DNA of 42,305 nt from Kofleriaceae bacterium (GCA_046597055.1 JBKJLC010000150.1:1-42305), one strand, 5' to 3'; shown: positions 30,786 through 41,463, counted from the stretch's first letter. Numbers and translations are program-made. Notes: a model not told the origin generated them from the letters alone.

Positions 30786-31709
30786 TCAGAACGGGAACTC
30801 GCCCTCGGCCTTGCGCTTGCGGAGCATCTCCGCCTTGCGCTTCTCGGCCCTGGTCTCCGCCGCGAGCTCGGGGATGATGTCCTCGGGCGCGTCGAGCACC
30901 TTCTGGGTCATCGCGTCGAACAGCGCGCCGTCCTGCTTCTTGGGCGCGTAGAACTCGGCGATCAGGTTGTAGGTCGACACGTAGCTCGGCGCGAGCTTCA
31001 GGCTGGCTTGGAAGTGCGTCCAGCTCTTGTCGAGATCGCCGCCCGCGAAGCTCGGCGCGATCGAGTAGTACGCCCCGAAGTAGCGGTCGGCCGCGCCGTA
31101 GAAGAAGTTGGGGTCGAGCTTGTAGACCTGCTCCATGATCGAATAGATGCGGTCCTTGTAGGTCAGCGTCACCGTGATGTCCTGGGCGTTGCCCCACCGG
31201 CCGAGGCTGGCCGCGTACCAGTAGAGGAGGCCGATGCCGTCCTTGCCGACCAGCTGGGCCGCGTCCTTCAGGTCGACGCCGGCCGCGAGCCGCTGCTCGA
31301 CCTCGGGCGCCAGCGCGGCCATGCCACGCTGGGCGTACGTGTAGCCCTTCTCGTAGGTGGCGAGGAACAGGTCGCGCTTGGCGGGCTGCTCGAACGAGAG
31401 CCAGCCATCAGCGAGGAGGTAGCAGGCGCGCGCCAGCTTCTCGTAGGTCCTGGCGTCGTCGTCCTTGAGCTTGACCGCTTCCTCCCACTTCTGGATGGCG
31501 AGCTCGAGCTGGGCGCGGTCGGCGCGCAGCAAGAACGCGGCGTCGCCGGCGGCGACCGCGGCCGCATGGCCGGATGGATCGGACGCGCCGCCGCGGCGGA
31601 TCCCTCCCGATAGACCGGTGGCGCTGGCGCCACAGGCAGCCAGGAACAGCGCCAGGCACAGCGCGATGATGGACGACGGCGAGCGACGCTTGGTGAAAGA
31701 CCCCTGCAT
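30786..31709 (-). CDS. TRAP transporter T-component (TatT)-like lipoprotein
   Basis: Lipobox LAAC; LLYWYAASLGRW; LDPNFFYGAADRYFGAYYSIAPSFAGGDLDKS; KAEMLRK C-terminal helix. Confidence 0.8.
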   Translation of the reverse strand: MQGSFTKRRSPSSIIALCLALFLAACGASATGLSGGIRRGGASDPSGHAAAVAAGDAAFLLRADRAQLELAIQKWEEAVKLKDDDARTYEKLARACYLLADGWLSFEQPAKRDLFLATYEKGYTYAQRGMAALAPEVEQRLAAGVDLKDAAQLVGKDGIGLLYWYAASLGRWGNAQDITVTLTYKDRIYSIMEQVYKLDPNFFYGAADRYFGAYYSIAPSFAGGDLDKSWTHFQASLKLAPSYVSTYNLIAEFYAPKKQDGALFDAMTQKVLDAPEDIIPELAAETRAEKRKAEMLRKRKAEGEFPF

Positions 31710-31766
31710 GCGCGCACTATCGGGGGCCCGACCCGATGCTGTCAAACCGCCAGCCGCCTCAGACGC

Positions 31767-34700
31767 TCAGGCGCCGAGCACGCGCGCGACCTCGGCCGCG
31801 GCCGGATCGGTCGCGGTGCGGGCGGCGGCGGCCAGCGCCAGCCGGGCCGGACCCTGGCCGCGCTGGGCGAGATCGGCGAGCGCGCTGGTCGCGGCCTCGA
31901 GGGTCAGCTCGCCGGTGCGGCCGACCAGCTCGGTCAGCACGGTCGCGACCAGCGGCGCGGTCTCGGGGCCGAGGTATTCCGCCACGCTCGACGCCAGGTT
32001 CATCGCCAGCTGCGCGGCCGCGGCGACCAGCGCGCGCGCCAGGGTCGGCTTGCCGGTCTCCGCGACCAGCAGGTGCTGGCCGCGGTGCAGCTCCTGGGCG
32101 ACCTCGAGCAGGCCGGCCGGATCGTCGGCGCGCCAGTACACGTCGATCAGCTGGCGCAGGTTGGGGACGTGGGTCGGATCGAGATCCGAGGCGCGCAGAA
32201 AGGCGTCGTCGGCGGCGGCCACGTCGCCGAGCCGGGTCAGCGTGAGCTCGCCGTAGCGGTAGAGCAGGGCGGCCTTGCGATCGGGCGCGCCGGTGAGCCC
32301 GGCCAGCGTGCGCACCGCCCGGGCCGCGCCGCCCCAGTTGCCGCGCAGCGCGTAGAGCTCGGCCAGCGCCTCGAGCGAGCGCACGTGGTGCGGCTGGTCG
32401 GCCAGGACCTGCTCGTGATAGTAGACCGCGCCGATCGGGTCGCCCGCGCGCCGGCACAGCTCGGCGAGGTCGTGGCGGGCCGCGGCCACCGCTGCGACGT
32501 CGTCGGGCCCGATCAGCTCGAGTGCGCTGCGCAGCGCGCGGATGGCGCCGTCGAGATCGCCGAGCTTCTGGGCCAGCCGGGCGCAGGTGGCGTAGACGTC
32601 GCGGCGCGACGGGTTGATGCGGGTCGCGCCCTGCGCGAACGCGAGCGCGCGGGCGTCGTCGCCGAGGCCCTCAGCCAGCTCGGCGCGGCGGAGCATGAGC
32701 ACGTCGGCGGGCAGGCGCGAGGCGTTGACCGGCAGCCGCGCGTACAGGTCGTCGGCGGTCGCGAGGTCGCCCTCGCGGTAGACCAGCTCGGCGAGCGCGT
32801 CGAGCGCCGGCGCGTAGCTGGGATCGGCGGCCAGCGCCCGCTCCCAGGCGACCCGGGCCGCGCGCGCGTCGGCCCGGCGCTCGACGTGCAGACGGCCGAG
32901 CTCGAACCACTGGCCAGCCTGCTCGGGCGGCTCGGGCTCGGCGGCGGCGCGGCCGGCGATCAGGTCGGCGGCGGTCGCCCAGTCGCCGCGCGCCTCGGCT
33001 CGCTCGAACAGGATGCGGAAGGCCTGCGAGTGGTTAGGCGAGAACGCGACCACGGTGCGGGCCGCGGTCTCCATCGCCGAGCTGTCGGCGGACGCGATCG
33101 CCCGGCCCAGGTCACTCTCGCGCTCGGCGGCCTCGAGCGCGCTGGCCTCGTCTTGCTCGGGCTCGGCGGCGAGCCGGGCCGCCTCGGCGCGGGCGCGGAC
33201 CGCCGCCTCGCGGTTGCCGACCTCGTCGCTCGCGGCCGCCGCGGCGCGCGCGAGCTCGACCGCGCGGGGCCGCTCGCCGGCGCGAGCGGCATCGGCGGAC
33301 GCCCGCGTCAGCAGCGCTGGCCGGTCGGCGGCGGCGGCCAGGATCGCGGCGTGCTCGAGCAGATCCGCCGCGTCGCGGTAGCGCCCGGCGAGCTCGTAGA
33401 TGCGCGCGAGCGGTCGCGGCACCGCCGGGATCGCCGGGTCGTGGACCAGCGCGGTCTCGTAGTGCACGCGGGCCTGCTCGGGCTCGAGCAGCCGCTCGTC
33501 GTGGATGAGCGCGAGCTCGAGGTGGAGCGCGCCACGGTCGCGATCGGTGGTCGCGGTCGCGATCTCGCGCCGGAGCAGCTCGGCGGTCAGGCTCCACTCG
33601 CCGCGGGCCATCGCGACCGCGCGCAGCTCGTAGCCGAGGTTGGGATCGTCGGGATCGGCGGCGTGGGCTTCCTTGAAGCAGTGGTAGGTCTCGGCCTCGC
33701 GGTGCAGGACGTCGCGGTAGAGCTGGGCGCGGCGCCGCCACAGCCGCGCGCGCGCGCGGGGCTCGAGGGTCGCGGCGATCTGGCGGCCGATCGTGTCGGA
33801 CACCGCCTCGGCATCGCCATTCTCGGCGTGCAGCAGCTCGAGCGCGGTGAGCGCGCGCAGATCGTCGGGCGGCGCGACGGCGGCCGCGGCCTCGTAGCGC
33901 GCGATCGCGGCCTCGAGCCCGCCGGCCTGGGCCAGCTCGGCGCCCAGCCGCAGCTCGCGCTCGTGGGCGGTCGTCGTTCCGGTGGTCGTCCCGGTCGCCG
34001 CCGCGGTCGGCGCCGGCGGGCCCCGCGGCGGCACCACCGCGACCAGGCCGCGCAGCGTGCGACTCGGGGCCTCGGGCGGCCTGGCGATCGGCGTCTCGCC
34101 GGTGGTGTCCTCGGAGCCGTCGCCGGTCTCGACGGTGGCGGACAGGCCCGGCGCCGGCGCGGCCGGCGCCCGGCCGGCGCGCTCGTCGTCGTCGTCGCCA
34201 CCGCCGTCGGCCTGGGCCGGCGCCAGGGTCAGCTGCCGCAGCGACATCGTCGGAGCGTCGACCACCTCGCCGGCGATCACGTCGGGATCCCGGCCCAGGA
34301 CCACCAGCCGCTCGCTGGCCCAGGCCCGGGTGCTGGCGTCGACCACCGCGCTGTCGGCGGCGCGCTCGTACAGCTCGCGGGCGCCCTCGACGTCGTCGTC
34401 GGCGATCCGGGCGTCGGCGAGCGGCAGCCACACCGCGGCGAGCTCGGGCGCGGTGGTGTGGGCCGCGTCGAGGTGCGCGCGGGCGCCGCGCAGATCGCCC
34501 AGGCGATCGCGGCACAGGAGGGCGAGCGCGAGCAGCCAGCCGGCCCGATCGGCGCCGACCGTGGCGCGGGCCGCGCGCTCGTACACCTCGGCCAACCGGG
34601 GCAGCTCGCCGCGCGCCTCGAGCAGGTCGGCGAGCGAGGCGACCAGCTCGCCGTCGCCGGGCGCGAGCTGGTGGGCGCGGGTCAGCGCGTCGATCACGAC

Positions 34701-37700
34701 GTCGTCGTCGAGGTCGCTGCGCGCGGTGACCGCGGCCTCGCGGTAGAGTTCGACCGCGAGCGGCTGCGGCGCGCGGCCGGCGACCGCGAACAGCGCGCGG
34801 ACCAGCGCGTCGATGTGGCCGGCGGCCCGGGCGGTGTCGCGCACCCGCTCGATCGCGGCCGACAGCAGCGCCGGATCGCTGCCGGCGCGGACCCGTGCGG
34901 CGATCGCATCGGCGTACAGATCGGCGGCGGCCTTGAGGTCGCCGCCGGCGGCCGCCTCCTCGGCGAGCCGCTCGATCTCGGTCGGCCGCTGGGCGCGCCG
35001 GCGCGGGCCGGTCGGGGGCGTCGCGGCCGCGAGGTGGGCGCCGTCGCTCGGCGGCAGCGCCGCCAGCGCGGCCTCGACCCGGCCGGTGCCGGCCGGGTCG
35101 CCGACCGCGTCGCGGTAGAGGCCGAGCGCGTCGGTGAGGCGGCTGCGCGCCTCGAGCGGCGGCACCCCCAGCGCGCCGCGCTCGAGCGCGCCGGCGAACT
35201 CGGCCTTGCGCCGCTTCTCCTGGTGGAGCGCGAACAGCAGCATCGCGGCCTGGTCGGACAGCCGGTCCTGGGCCTGGGCCTCGTCGAGCACGGCGATCGC
35301 CCGGTGATCGAAGCCGCCGCGCTGCCACGCGGTCGCCAGCGACAGCAGATCCGACGCGGTCCGGCGCTCGGGCGCGATCGCCTGCAGCGCGGTCGCCGCC
35401 TCGACCTGATCCTCGGCGGCGCTGGCCTCGGCCGCGAGCAGGCGCAGGGTGCCGTCGCGGCGCGCCGAGGGACCGTGGGCATCGGCGGCCGCGCGCATCG
35501 CGGTGCGCGCGCGGGTCAGGTCGCCGAGGCGGTCGTAGTAGAGGTCGGCGAGCTCGAGCAGCACCTCGGCCTTGCGATGGCCGTAGACCGGGCGCGCCGC
35601 GGGGTCGAGGCGCGCGGCCAGCTCCTCGAGGTGACGCGCGACGGCCTCCCAGTCACCCTGGTCGGCGCACACGTCGGCGAGCTCGCGCAGCACCCGGACG
35701 TCGCCGGTGACCGCGGCCGCCTCGAGCAGGGCGCGCGCGCGGCCGAGATCGCCGTCGGCCCGCGCGACCTCGGCCCCGGCGCGGGCCGGTCCCGCCGCGA
35801 CCAGCTCGCCGGGCGAGCTGGTGCGCAGGCGGTTGGCGGCCGAGGCGAGCGCGCCCTGGCCGGCGCCGGCGTCGTCGTGAAGCGCGTCGCACACCGACAG
35901 CGCGCGGTCGCGCCAGCCGGCCAACCCGACCGGCTCGTCGGCGACCAGGACGCACAGCTCGATCGCGGCCGCGACCGGTTCGCGGCCGGTGTCGCCGTCG
36001 TCGCCGGTCGGGTCGGCCAGCCGGGCCAGGATGCCGGCGAGCTCGTGGACGTCGGCGCGTTTGCGGGCGAGCTCGGCCAGCGCGCGCAGGGCCGGCCGGT
36101 AGCCCGCGTCGAGCTCGAGCGCGCGCTGCAGCGTCATGCGCGCGACGTCGGTGCGCGCCAGCTGCTCCTGCAGCGCCGCCAGTCGGCACAGGAGCGCCTT
36201 CTGCCGCCCCGGCTGGCGGCCGCACGCCGCGATCTTGCGGCCGAGGATGGTCGCGACCCGGTCGAGGTCGCCGAGATCGCGCTCGATCAGCTCCAGCGCG
36301 TCGAGCGCGGGCAGGTGGTCGTCGACCAGACGCACCGCCGCCTCGAGGCAGCGCACCGCGGCCTCGGCGTGACCGGCCTTGCGCCGGAACAGCTCGCCGG
36401 CGCGATAAAAGGCGTCGGCGCGGGCGCGCGGCGTGATGCCGATGTCGGGTGCGGCCGCGTAGGCCTCGAGCGCGGCCGCGGCGGCCAGCGGATCGCCCTT
36501 CTTCTCGTGCAGCTCGGCGAGCAGGCGGTACGCTTGGCCTTTGGCGTCGCCGGCCAGCGCGGGCGCGGCCTCGGCGAGCAGCGCGGTGGCGCGCGCGCTG
36601 TCGCCGCCGCGCTCGGCCGCGGTCGCCAGCCGCAGCTGCGCGGTCGCGCGCTCGGCCTCCGGGTGCGGGCCGGCGAGCAGCGCCTCGTACGCGCGGGTGA
36701 CGTCGGCGAACGCGCGCTGGCGCCAGGCGGCGTCGCCGAGGACCGCGGCGACCCGGCCCGCGACCTCGGGATCATCGCAGGTGTCGGCCTCGGCCAGCGC
36801 CGCCATGGCGGCCTGGGCGTGGCGCAGCGCGGCCGCAGCGTCGTCGGCGCGGATCCAGGCGGCCGCCGCGGCGGCATGATCGGAGGCGACCGTGGCGGCG
36901 GTTCGCTCGGCCCGGGTCGACAGCTCGGCCAGCCGCGCCAGCGCCCGCGCGTGCGCGACCGGATCCCCGGTGGCGGCCGCGACCCGCGCCCGCAGCGCGC
37001 CGGCCGCGCGCGCCAGCTCGGCCGAGGGCGCCAGCTCGCCGGCCAGCTCGGCGTCGGCGGCCGCCGCGGCCAGCTCGGGTGGCACCGCGGCCAGCGCCAG
37101 CTCGGCGCGGCGGACCAGGAGCCCGGCGCGCTCGCCCGCGGTCGGCGCGGTCGCGAGGATCGCGTCGATCCAGGGCCGGGCATCGGCTGGCTCGCGGGCC
37201 GCGGCCAGCAGCTCGATCGCGGCCTGGCGGGCCAGGCCGGGGGCGCGGCCGGCGGCCAGCCGGTGCGCGCGCCGCAGCTCGACCAGGCGCTCGTCGTCCT
37301 CGAGCAGCTGGGCCCGGGCCAGCGCGAGCTCGGCGGCGCGCGCGCTGGCGCCGGTCGGGCGATCATCCATGCCGGACCCGGCGAGCAGCACCTCGATCGC
37401 GCGGTCGAACGCGGCGGCCGCCGCGGGTCGATCGTCGCGCTCGCGCAGGCCGGCGATCGCGGCCAGCGCCTCCGCGGCCATCGGCCCGGTGCCATCGGCG
37501 GCGCGCTCGAACGCCGCGAGCGCCGCGTCGGGCTCGCCGCGCCACGCGTACGAGCTGCCGAGCGCGACGTGGATCGCGCCGTCGGGATCCTCGGCGACCG
37601 CGAGGAAGTGCGTGTACAGCGCGATCGCGCCGACATGATCGTCGGCGAGCGCGGCCGCCGCGGCCGCCCCGCGCAGGCTGTCGGGTCGGTCGGGATCGAG

Positions 37701-39281
37701 GCCGAGCGCGTCCTGCCACGCGGCCGACGTGGCGAGCGGATCGCCCAGCTCCGCCAGCAACCGCGCCCGCGAGGTCAGCGCCGCCAGCCGGCCCAGCTCG
37801 TCACCGCTGGCGGCCGCGGCCTCGGCGGCCTCGACCCAGGCCGCGACCGCGGCCTCGCGATCGCCGGCGGCGGCGGCGACCCGCGCGCGCGCCTCGTGGC
37901 CGAACCGCAGGTGCGGCGCCAGCACCAGCGCCTGCGCGACCGTGGTCCGGGCCCGCTCGAGGTCGCCGAGCGCCTCGGCCAGCGTGACCGCGGCCCAGGC
38001 CCAGGCGCCGGCGGCCCGCGCCGGCTCGGCGCTGGCTCGGGCCCGCGCCTCGAGCACCCGGACCAGGTCGCGCCAGCGCGCCTCCTCGGTCAGGCGGTCG
38101 GCCAGGGCGAGGCCGGCCTCGTCGTGATCGGGCCACACCGCGAGGACCCGCTCGTACAGCGCGGTGGTGGCGGCCGGGTCGAGGACGCGCACCATGCGCG
38201 CGGCCGCCAGCGCGGCGAGCGCGGCGGTGCCACCGTCGTGCGCGCGCGCGGCGACGTCCGACAGCACGGTCAGCCGCGCCGACGCCTCGGTCGCGTCGCC
38301 CCGGGCCAGCGCGATGCTGGCCAGCGCGCCGTGCGCGGCGGCGAAGTCGGGCCAGCGCGCCAGCGCCTGCCGCGCCAGGTCGACGCCGTCGACGAACCAG
38401 CTCGGCCGCGACGCCGCGATCGCCAGGATGCGCTCGAGCAGCACCGGCTGATCGGGTCCGGCCGCCGCCAGCAGGGCGCGGTACCCACGCATCGCCTCGT
38501 CGAGCAGGCCGCGCCGGGCCTGCTCGTCGGCCGCGTGCATGGCCTCGTGCGCGAGCGCGAGCCCGCGCGCCGCGGGCGAGGTCGCCAGCTCGCTGCCGGG
38601 GCCCGGGCCGAACCCCAGCACCACCACGCCCTTGCCGGCCCGCAGCGCGGTCGCGCCGACGCCCGCGATCGCCGGTAGCCGCCAGCCCGACGCCGGCAGC
38701 AGCCGCCACAGCACCGCGCCGACCACGTCGACCTCGAGCTCGCACAACCCGCGCACGGTGATGCCGTCGGTCGCCTGGTCGACCGTCAGCGCCAGCTCCA
38801 TGATCCGGTGCGCGATGAGCGGCGCCGGCGTCGGCAGATGACCGTGGATGCGCACCGGTCCCGCGATCAGTCGCACCGCGGTGCCGCGCGCGACCGCGCC
38901 GAGCTGGAACGACACATCGGCCGAGGTCAGCCCATCGGCGACCCGGGCCGTCACCAGCAGATCGCCGTCGCCGATCCGCGCCGCCACCTGGCTGATACCC
39001 TCCCGCGCCAGCGCCGGCGCCCGGCTGGCGACGTGGCGGTCGAGGGCGCGCTGGTCGATACGCACCGTCAGCGCGGCGAGCCGGGTCCGCCGCCGCTGGT
39101 AGCGCTCGACCGCTCCGCCGTCCGCGCGCCCTGCGCCGCGGTCGGGCACGTCGAGGTCGACGTCGACGCGCAGGTGACCGAGCACCTCGTGGTCAGCGAG
39201 AACCAGCCGGGCTCCGTCCCCCTCAGGACGAAGCGTGAACGGCAACGGAGCGGACACTCCCCACGAAGCTACCGCAAACAC
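31767..39281 (-). CDS. Giant TPR-repeat protein (~2500 aa)
   Basis: Many TPR-like units (YERVLAVWPDH, QRALELDAGYRPAL, WERALAADPSYAPAL, EQVLADQPHHVRSLEAL); non-TPR beta-rich N-terminal ~230 aa. Start is uncertain (39281 or 39257). Confidence 0.88.
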   Translation of the reverse strand: MFAVASWGVSAPLPFTLRPEGDGARLVLADHEVLGHLRVDVDLDVPDRGAGRADGGAVERYQRRRTRLAALTVRIDQRALDRHVASRAPALAREGISQVAARIGDGDLLVTARVADGLTSADVSFQLGAVARGTAVRLIAGPVRIHGHLPTPAPLIAHRIMELALTVDQATDGITVRGLCELEVDVVGAVLWRLLPASGWRLPAIAGVGATALRAGKGVVVLGFGPGPGSELATSPAARGLALAHEAMHAADEQARRGLLDEAMRGYRALLAAAGPDQPVLLERILAIAASRPSWFVDGVDLARQALARWPDFAAAHGALASIALARGDATEASARLTVLSDVAARAHDGGTAALAALAAARMVRVLDPAATTALYERVLAVWPDHDEAGLALADRLTEEARWRDLVRVLEARARASAEPARAAGAWAWAAVTLAEALGDLERARTTVAQALVLAPHLRFGHEARARVAAAAGDREAAVAAWVEAAEAAAASGDELGRLAALTSRARLLAELGDPLATSAAWQDALGLDPDRPDSLRGAAAAAALADDHVGAIALYTHFLAVAEDPDGAIHVALGSSYAWRGEPDAALAAFERAADGTGPMAAEALAAIAGLRERDDRPAAAAAFDRAIEVLLAGSGMDDRPTGASARAAELALARAQLLEDDERLVELRRAHRLAAGRAPGLARQAAIELLAAAREPADARPWIDAILATAPTAGERAGLLVRRAELALAAVPPELAAAAADAELAGELAPSAELARAAGALRARVAAATGDPVAHARALARLAELSTRAERTAATVASDHAAAAAAWIRADDAAAALRHAQAAMAALAEADTCDDPEVAGRVAAVLGDAAWRQRAFADVTRAYEALLAGPHPEAERATAQLRLATAAERGGDSARATALLAEAAPALAGDAKGQAYRLLAELHEKKGDPLAAAAALEAYAAAPDIGITPRARADAFYRAGELFRRKAGHAEAAVRCLEAAVRLVDDHLPALDALELIERDLGDLDRVATILGRKIAACGRQPGRQKALLCRLAALQEQLARTDVARMTLQRALELDAGYRPALRALAELARKRADVHELAGILARLADPTGDDGDTGREPVAAAIELCVLVADEPVGLAGWRDRALSVCDALHDDAGAGQGALASAANRLRTSSPGELVAAGPARAGAEVARADGDLGRARALLEAAAVTGDVRVLRELADVCADQGDWEAVARHLEELAARLDPAARPVYGHRKAEVLLELADLYYDRLGDLTRARTAMRAAADAHGPSARRDGTLRLLAAEASAAEDQVEAATALQAIAPERRTASDLLSLATAWQRGGFDHRAIAVLDEAQAQDRLSDQAAMLLFALHQEKRRKAEFAGALERGALGVPPLEARSRLTDALGLYRDAVGDPAGTGRVEAALAALPPSDGAHLAAATPPTGPRRRAQRPTEIERLAEEAAAGGDLKAAADLYADAIAARVRAGSDPALLSAAIERVRDTARAAGHIDALVRALFAVAGRAPQPLAVELYREAAVTARSDLDDDVVIDALTRAHQLAPGDGELVASLADLLEARGELPRLAEVYERAARATVGADRAGWLLALALLCRDRLGDLRGARAHLDAAHTTAPELAAVWLPLADARIADDDVEGARELYERAADSAVVDASTRAWASERLVVLGRDPDVIAGEVVDAPTMSLRQLTLAPAQADGGGDDDDERAGRAPAAPAPGLSATVETGDGSEDTTGETPIARPPEAPSRTLRGLVAVVPPRGPPAPTAAATGTTTGTTTAHERELRLGAELAQAGGLEAAIARYEAAAAVAPPDDLRALTALELLHAENGDAEAVSDTIGRQIAATLEPRARARLWRRRAQLYRDVLHREAETYHCFKEAHAADPDDPNLGYELRAVAMARGEWSLTAELLRREIATATTDRDRGALHLELALIHDERLLEPEQARVHYETALVHDPAIPAVPRPLARIYELAGRYRDAADLLEHAAILAAAADRPALLTRASADAARAGERPRAVELARAAAAASDEVGNREAAVRARAEAARLAAEPEQDEASALEAAERESDLGRAIASADSSAMETAARTVVAFSPNHSQAFRILFERAEARGDWATAADLIAGRAAAEPEPPEQAGQWFELGRLHVERRADARAARVAWERALAADPSYAPALDALAELVYREGDLATADDLYARLPVNASRLPADVLMLRRAELAEGLGDDARALAFAQGATRINPSRRDVYATCARLAQKLGDLDGAIRALRSALELIGPDDVAAVAAARHDLAELCRRAGDPIGAVYYHEQVLADQPHHVRSLEALAELYALRGNWGGAARAVRTLAGLTGAPDRKAALLYRYGELTLTRLGDVAAADDAFLRASDLDPTHVPNLRQLIDVYWRADDPAGLLEVAQELHRGQHLLVAETGKPTLARALVAAAAQLAMNLASSVAEYLGPETAPLVATVLTELVGRTGELTLEAATSALADLAQRGQGPARLALAAAARTATDPAAAEVARVLGA

Positions 39282-39412
39282 AGCAAAACGTCGCGCGCGG
39301 GCCGGGCTCGTCGCACGTACGACCCGCGCCGACCGCGATCGGGACGGTTCTCGCGAGCTGCCAGCGGAGGTCCGGAGTGACGGCGACCCAGCGCGACCGG
39401 GGCTGACGCCGT

Positions 39413-39527
39413 GGTTCAGAGGGTGTGATTCTAGCGAATCCCACCCTCCCTTCGATCGGTCGGCCGCGGGGCAGAGCCCGCGCCCGATCGGTACGGAACC
39501 AGCGCCGCCTCGCGGCGCTCGGCTCAG
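39413..39527 (-). repeat. Structured intergenic repeat, copy 2
   Basis: Reverse complement aligns with 110-227; begins 7 bp past the ppiD stop. Confidence 0.85.
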
Positions 39528-39534
39528 GCCGTCT

Positions 39535-41463
39535 TCACTGCGCCGGCGGCGGCAGCAGCGTCATGCACGGCTTGTAGGTCACCTTCAGCGCGTTGCCCTG
39601 CTCGTCCTTGCGGTTGATGAACTCGGCCGCGGGCTTGATCTTGCCGCGCGCGGCGAGCGCGGTGCAGCGCTCGGCGAGCCAGGCGCGGAGGAGCTCGCCG
39701 CCGCGCTGCTTGGCGAGGCTGGCGATGTAGGCGTCGGCCTGCTTCTCGAACTCGGCCACGTCGGCGAGCTCCTTGTTGGTCATCTGGATGACCGCGAACT
39801 TGGGCGACGGCGAGGTCTTGGTCTCGCGGACCTCGAAGATCGTCGGCGCGATCATGCCGCTCGCGAGCTCGTCGAACAGCGCGCGGTTGAGCTCGTCGGA
39901 CTCGCCGAGCGGCGTCCGCTTCGAGCGCGACAGCGGCCCGAAGCTCTCGGCCGTCGGCGGGTCGAGCTTGCCGATCGCCGGCAGCTGCTCGCTGCTCGGC
40001 TTCAGCAGGTCCGGCTTGACGGCGACCGGCGCCGCGGGAGTGGCCGCCGCCGTGCCCGCACCGGTGCCGGCGGGGTCCTGGGTCCACGCGGCCGGGCTGT
40101 CGTCGCTCTCCCAGACCGTCTGCCCGGTCTTGGCGCCCGGGAACAGCTCGCGCAGGCTCTTGCCGGTGCCCGCGCGGGCCGTCGCCAGCGCCTCGATCGC
40201 CGCGCGCCGCGCGGCCTCCAGGCCCCAGGCGTCGCGAGCGAGCCGCTCACCGAGCTCGCGCTTGACCTGGTCGAAGGTGAGATCGCCGGCGCGCCGGTCG
40301 TCGACCGTCAGCAGGTAGAAGCCGTCGCTGGCCTCGACCACCGGCGACAGGCTGGCGCCGGGCTTGATGGCCGGGTCGGCCTTCGCGACCAGCGCCTTGA
40401 CGGCATCGTTGAGCGCCGGCTCGGGCAGGGTCAGCGCGCCCTCGTCGTACCAGCCCCACGCGCCGCCGCGCGCGCGCACCGGCTCGTCGGCGTCGGCGGT
40501 CCGGGCCGCGTCGGCGAACGACTTGCGACCCGCGACGATGTCGGCGCGCAGCGCCTCGAGCTTGGCCCGCGCCGGATCCGCGGCGGGCGGCTTCGTCGCG
40601 GCCGCGGCCGCGGGGTCGGCGGGCGTGCCGGCGCCGCCCGGCGGCAGCGGTGCTGCGGGATCGGCCGGCGGTGCGGCATCCGCCTTCGGCGCGGTCTTCG
40701 CCAGGCGGATGCGCCGGACGTGGACCTGCTTCTTGCCCTTGTAGAGCGCGTCGCTGTAGGTCGCCTTCACCTCGGCCTCGTGCGCCAGCACGTAGCGATC
40801 GACGTCGGCGTCGGTGACCAGCAGCGCGTCGGCGTAGCGGCGCGGATCGAACCGCACGGCCTCGAACGTCACGGTCGTGCGGGCGGCGACGAACTGGCCG
40901 AGCGCCTCCTCGCGGCTGACCGGCACCGAGCCGGTCAGGATCCGCGACATCGTCGACGCCAGGACCTCGCGGCTCTGCTGCCGCTTGTACGCCGCGACCG
41001 ACAGCCCCCAGTTCTGGAGGAAGCGCTTGAAGCGCTTGTAGTCGAAGACCTCGTCCTCGTTCATGAACACCTGGCGGTACTGGTCGCGCGGCTCGCCGGC
41101 GAAGTGCAGCTCACCACGGCTGATGACGTGATCGACCAGGCTCTCGGGCACGCGCAGCCCACGGCGCTCGGCCTCCTGGGCCAGCAGCTCGCGCCGGATC
41201 AGCAACTCGAGGGTGACCTCGTAGCGCGCGAAGTCGTCGGCGGAGGGGACCAGGCCACTCGCGATGTTGACCGCCAGCCGGAAGCCGTTGTCGTCGACGT
41301 CCGAGTCGCCGACGGTCAGCGCGGTGCGCCGCTCGCCGCTCGAGCATCCGCCCTGGCTACCGCCCGCCTGGGGTCCGAAGCTGAAGACGAAGACGACGAT
41401 CAGGATCGCGAAGATGATCCACACCAGCACCGAAGAGCCGGACTTCCGCATGTTCTCGAGCAT
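39535..41463 (-). CDS. ppiD: PpiD-like membrane-anchored SurA-N/parvulin chaperone
   Basis: MLENMRK...WIIFAILIVVFVFSFGP anchor; LIRRELLAQEAERRGLRV; VHVRRI; SFADAART...GGAWGW parvulin-like segment. Confidence 0.85.
   Translation of the reverse strand: MLENMRKSGSSVLVWIIFAILIVVFVFSFGPQAGGSQGGCSSGERRTALTVGDSDVDDNGFRLAVNIASGLVPSADDFARYEVTLELLIRRELLAQEAERRGLRVPESLVDHVISRGELHFAGEPRDQYRQVFMNEDEVFDYKRFKRFLQNWGLSVAAYKRQQSREVLASTMSRILTGSVPVSREEALGQFVAARTTVTFEAVRFDPRRYADALLVTDADVDRYVLAHEAEVKATYSDALYKGKKQVHVRRIRLAKTAPKADAAPPADPAAPLPPGGAGTPADPAAAAATKPPAADPARAKLEALRADIVAGRKSFADAARTADADEPVRARGGAWGWYDEGALTLPEPALNDAVKALVAKADPAIKPGASLSPVVEASDGFYLLTVDDRRAGDLTFDQVKRELGERLARDAWGLEAARRAAIEALATARAGTGKSLRELFPGAKTGQTVWESDDSPAAWTQDPAGTGAGTAAATPAAPVAVKPDLLKPSSEQLPAIGKLDPPTAESFGPLSRSKRTPLGESDELNRALFDELASGMIAPTIFEVRETKTSPSPKFAVIQMTNKELADVAEFEKQADAYIASLAKQRGGELLRAWLAERCTALAARGKIKPAAEFINRKDEQGNALKVTYKPCMTLLPPPAQ

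Noticed and set aside
32073..38678. 2201-aa + strand ORF
   Set aside because: Antisense shadow of the TPR gene. It is Arg/Gly-rich with no motifs, as expected in very high GC DNA.
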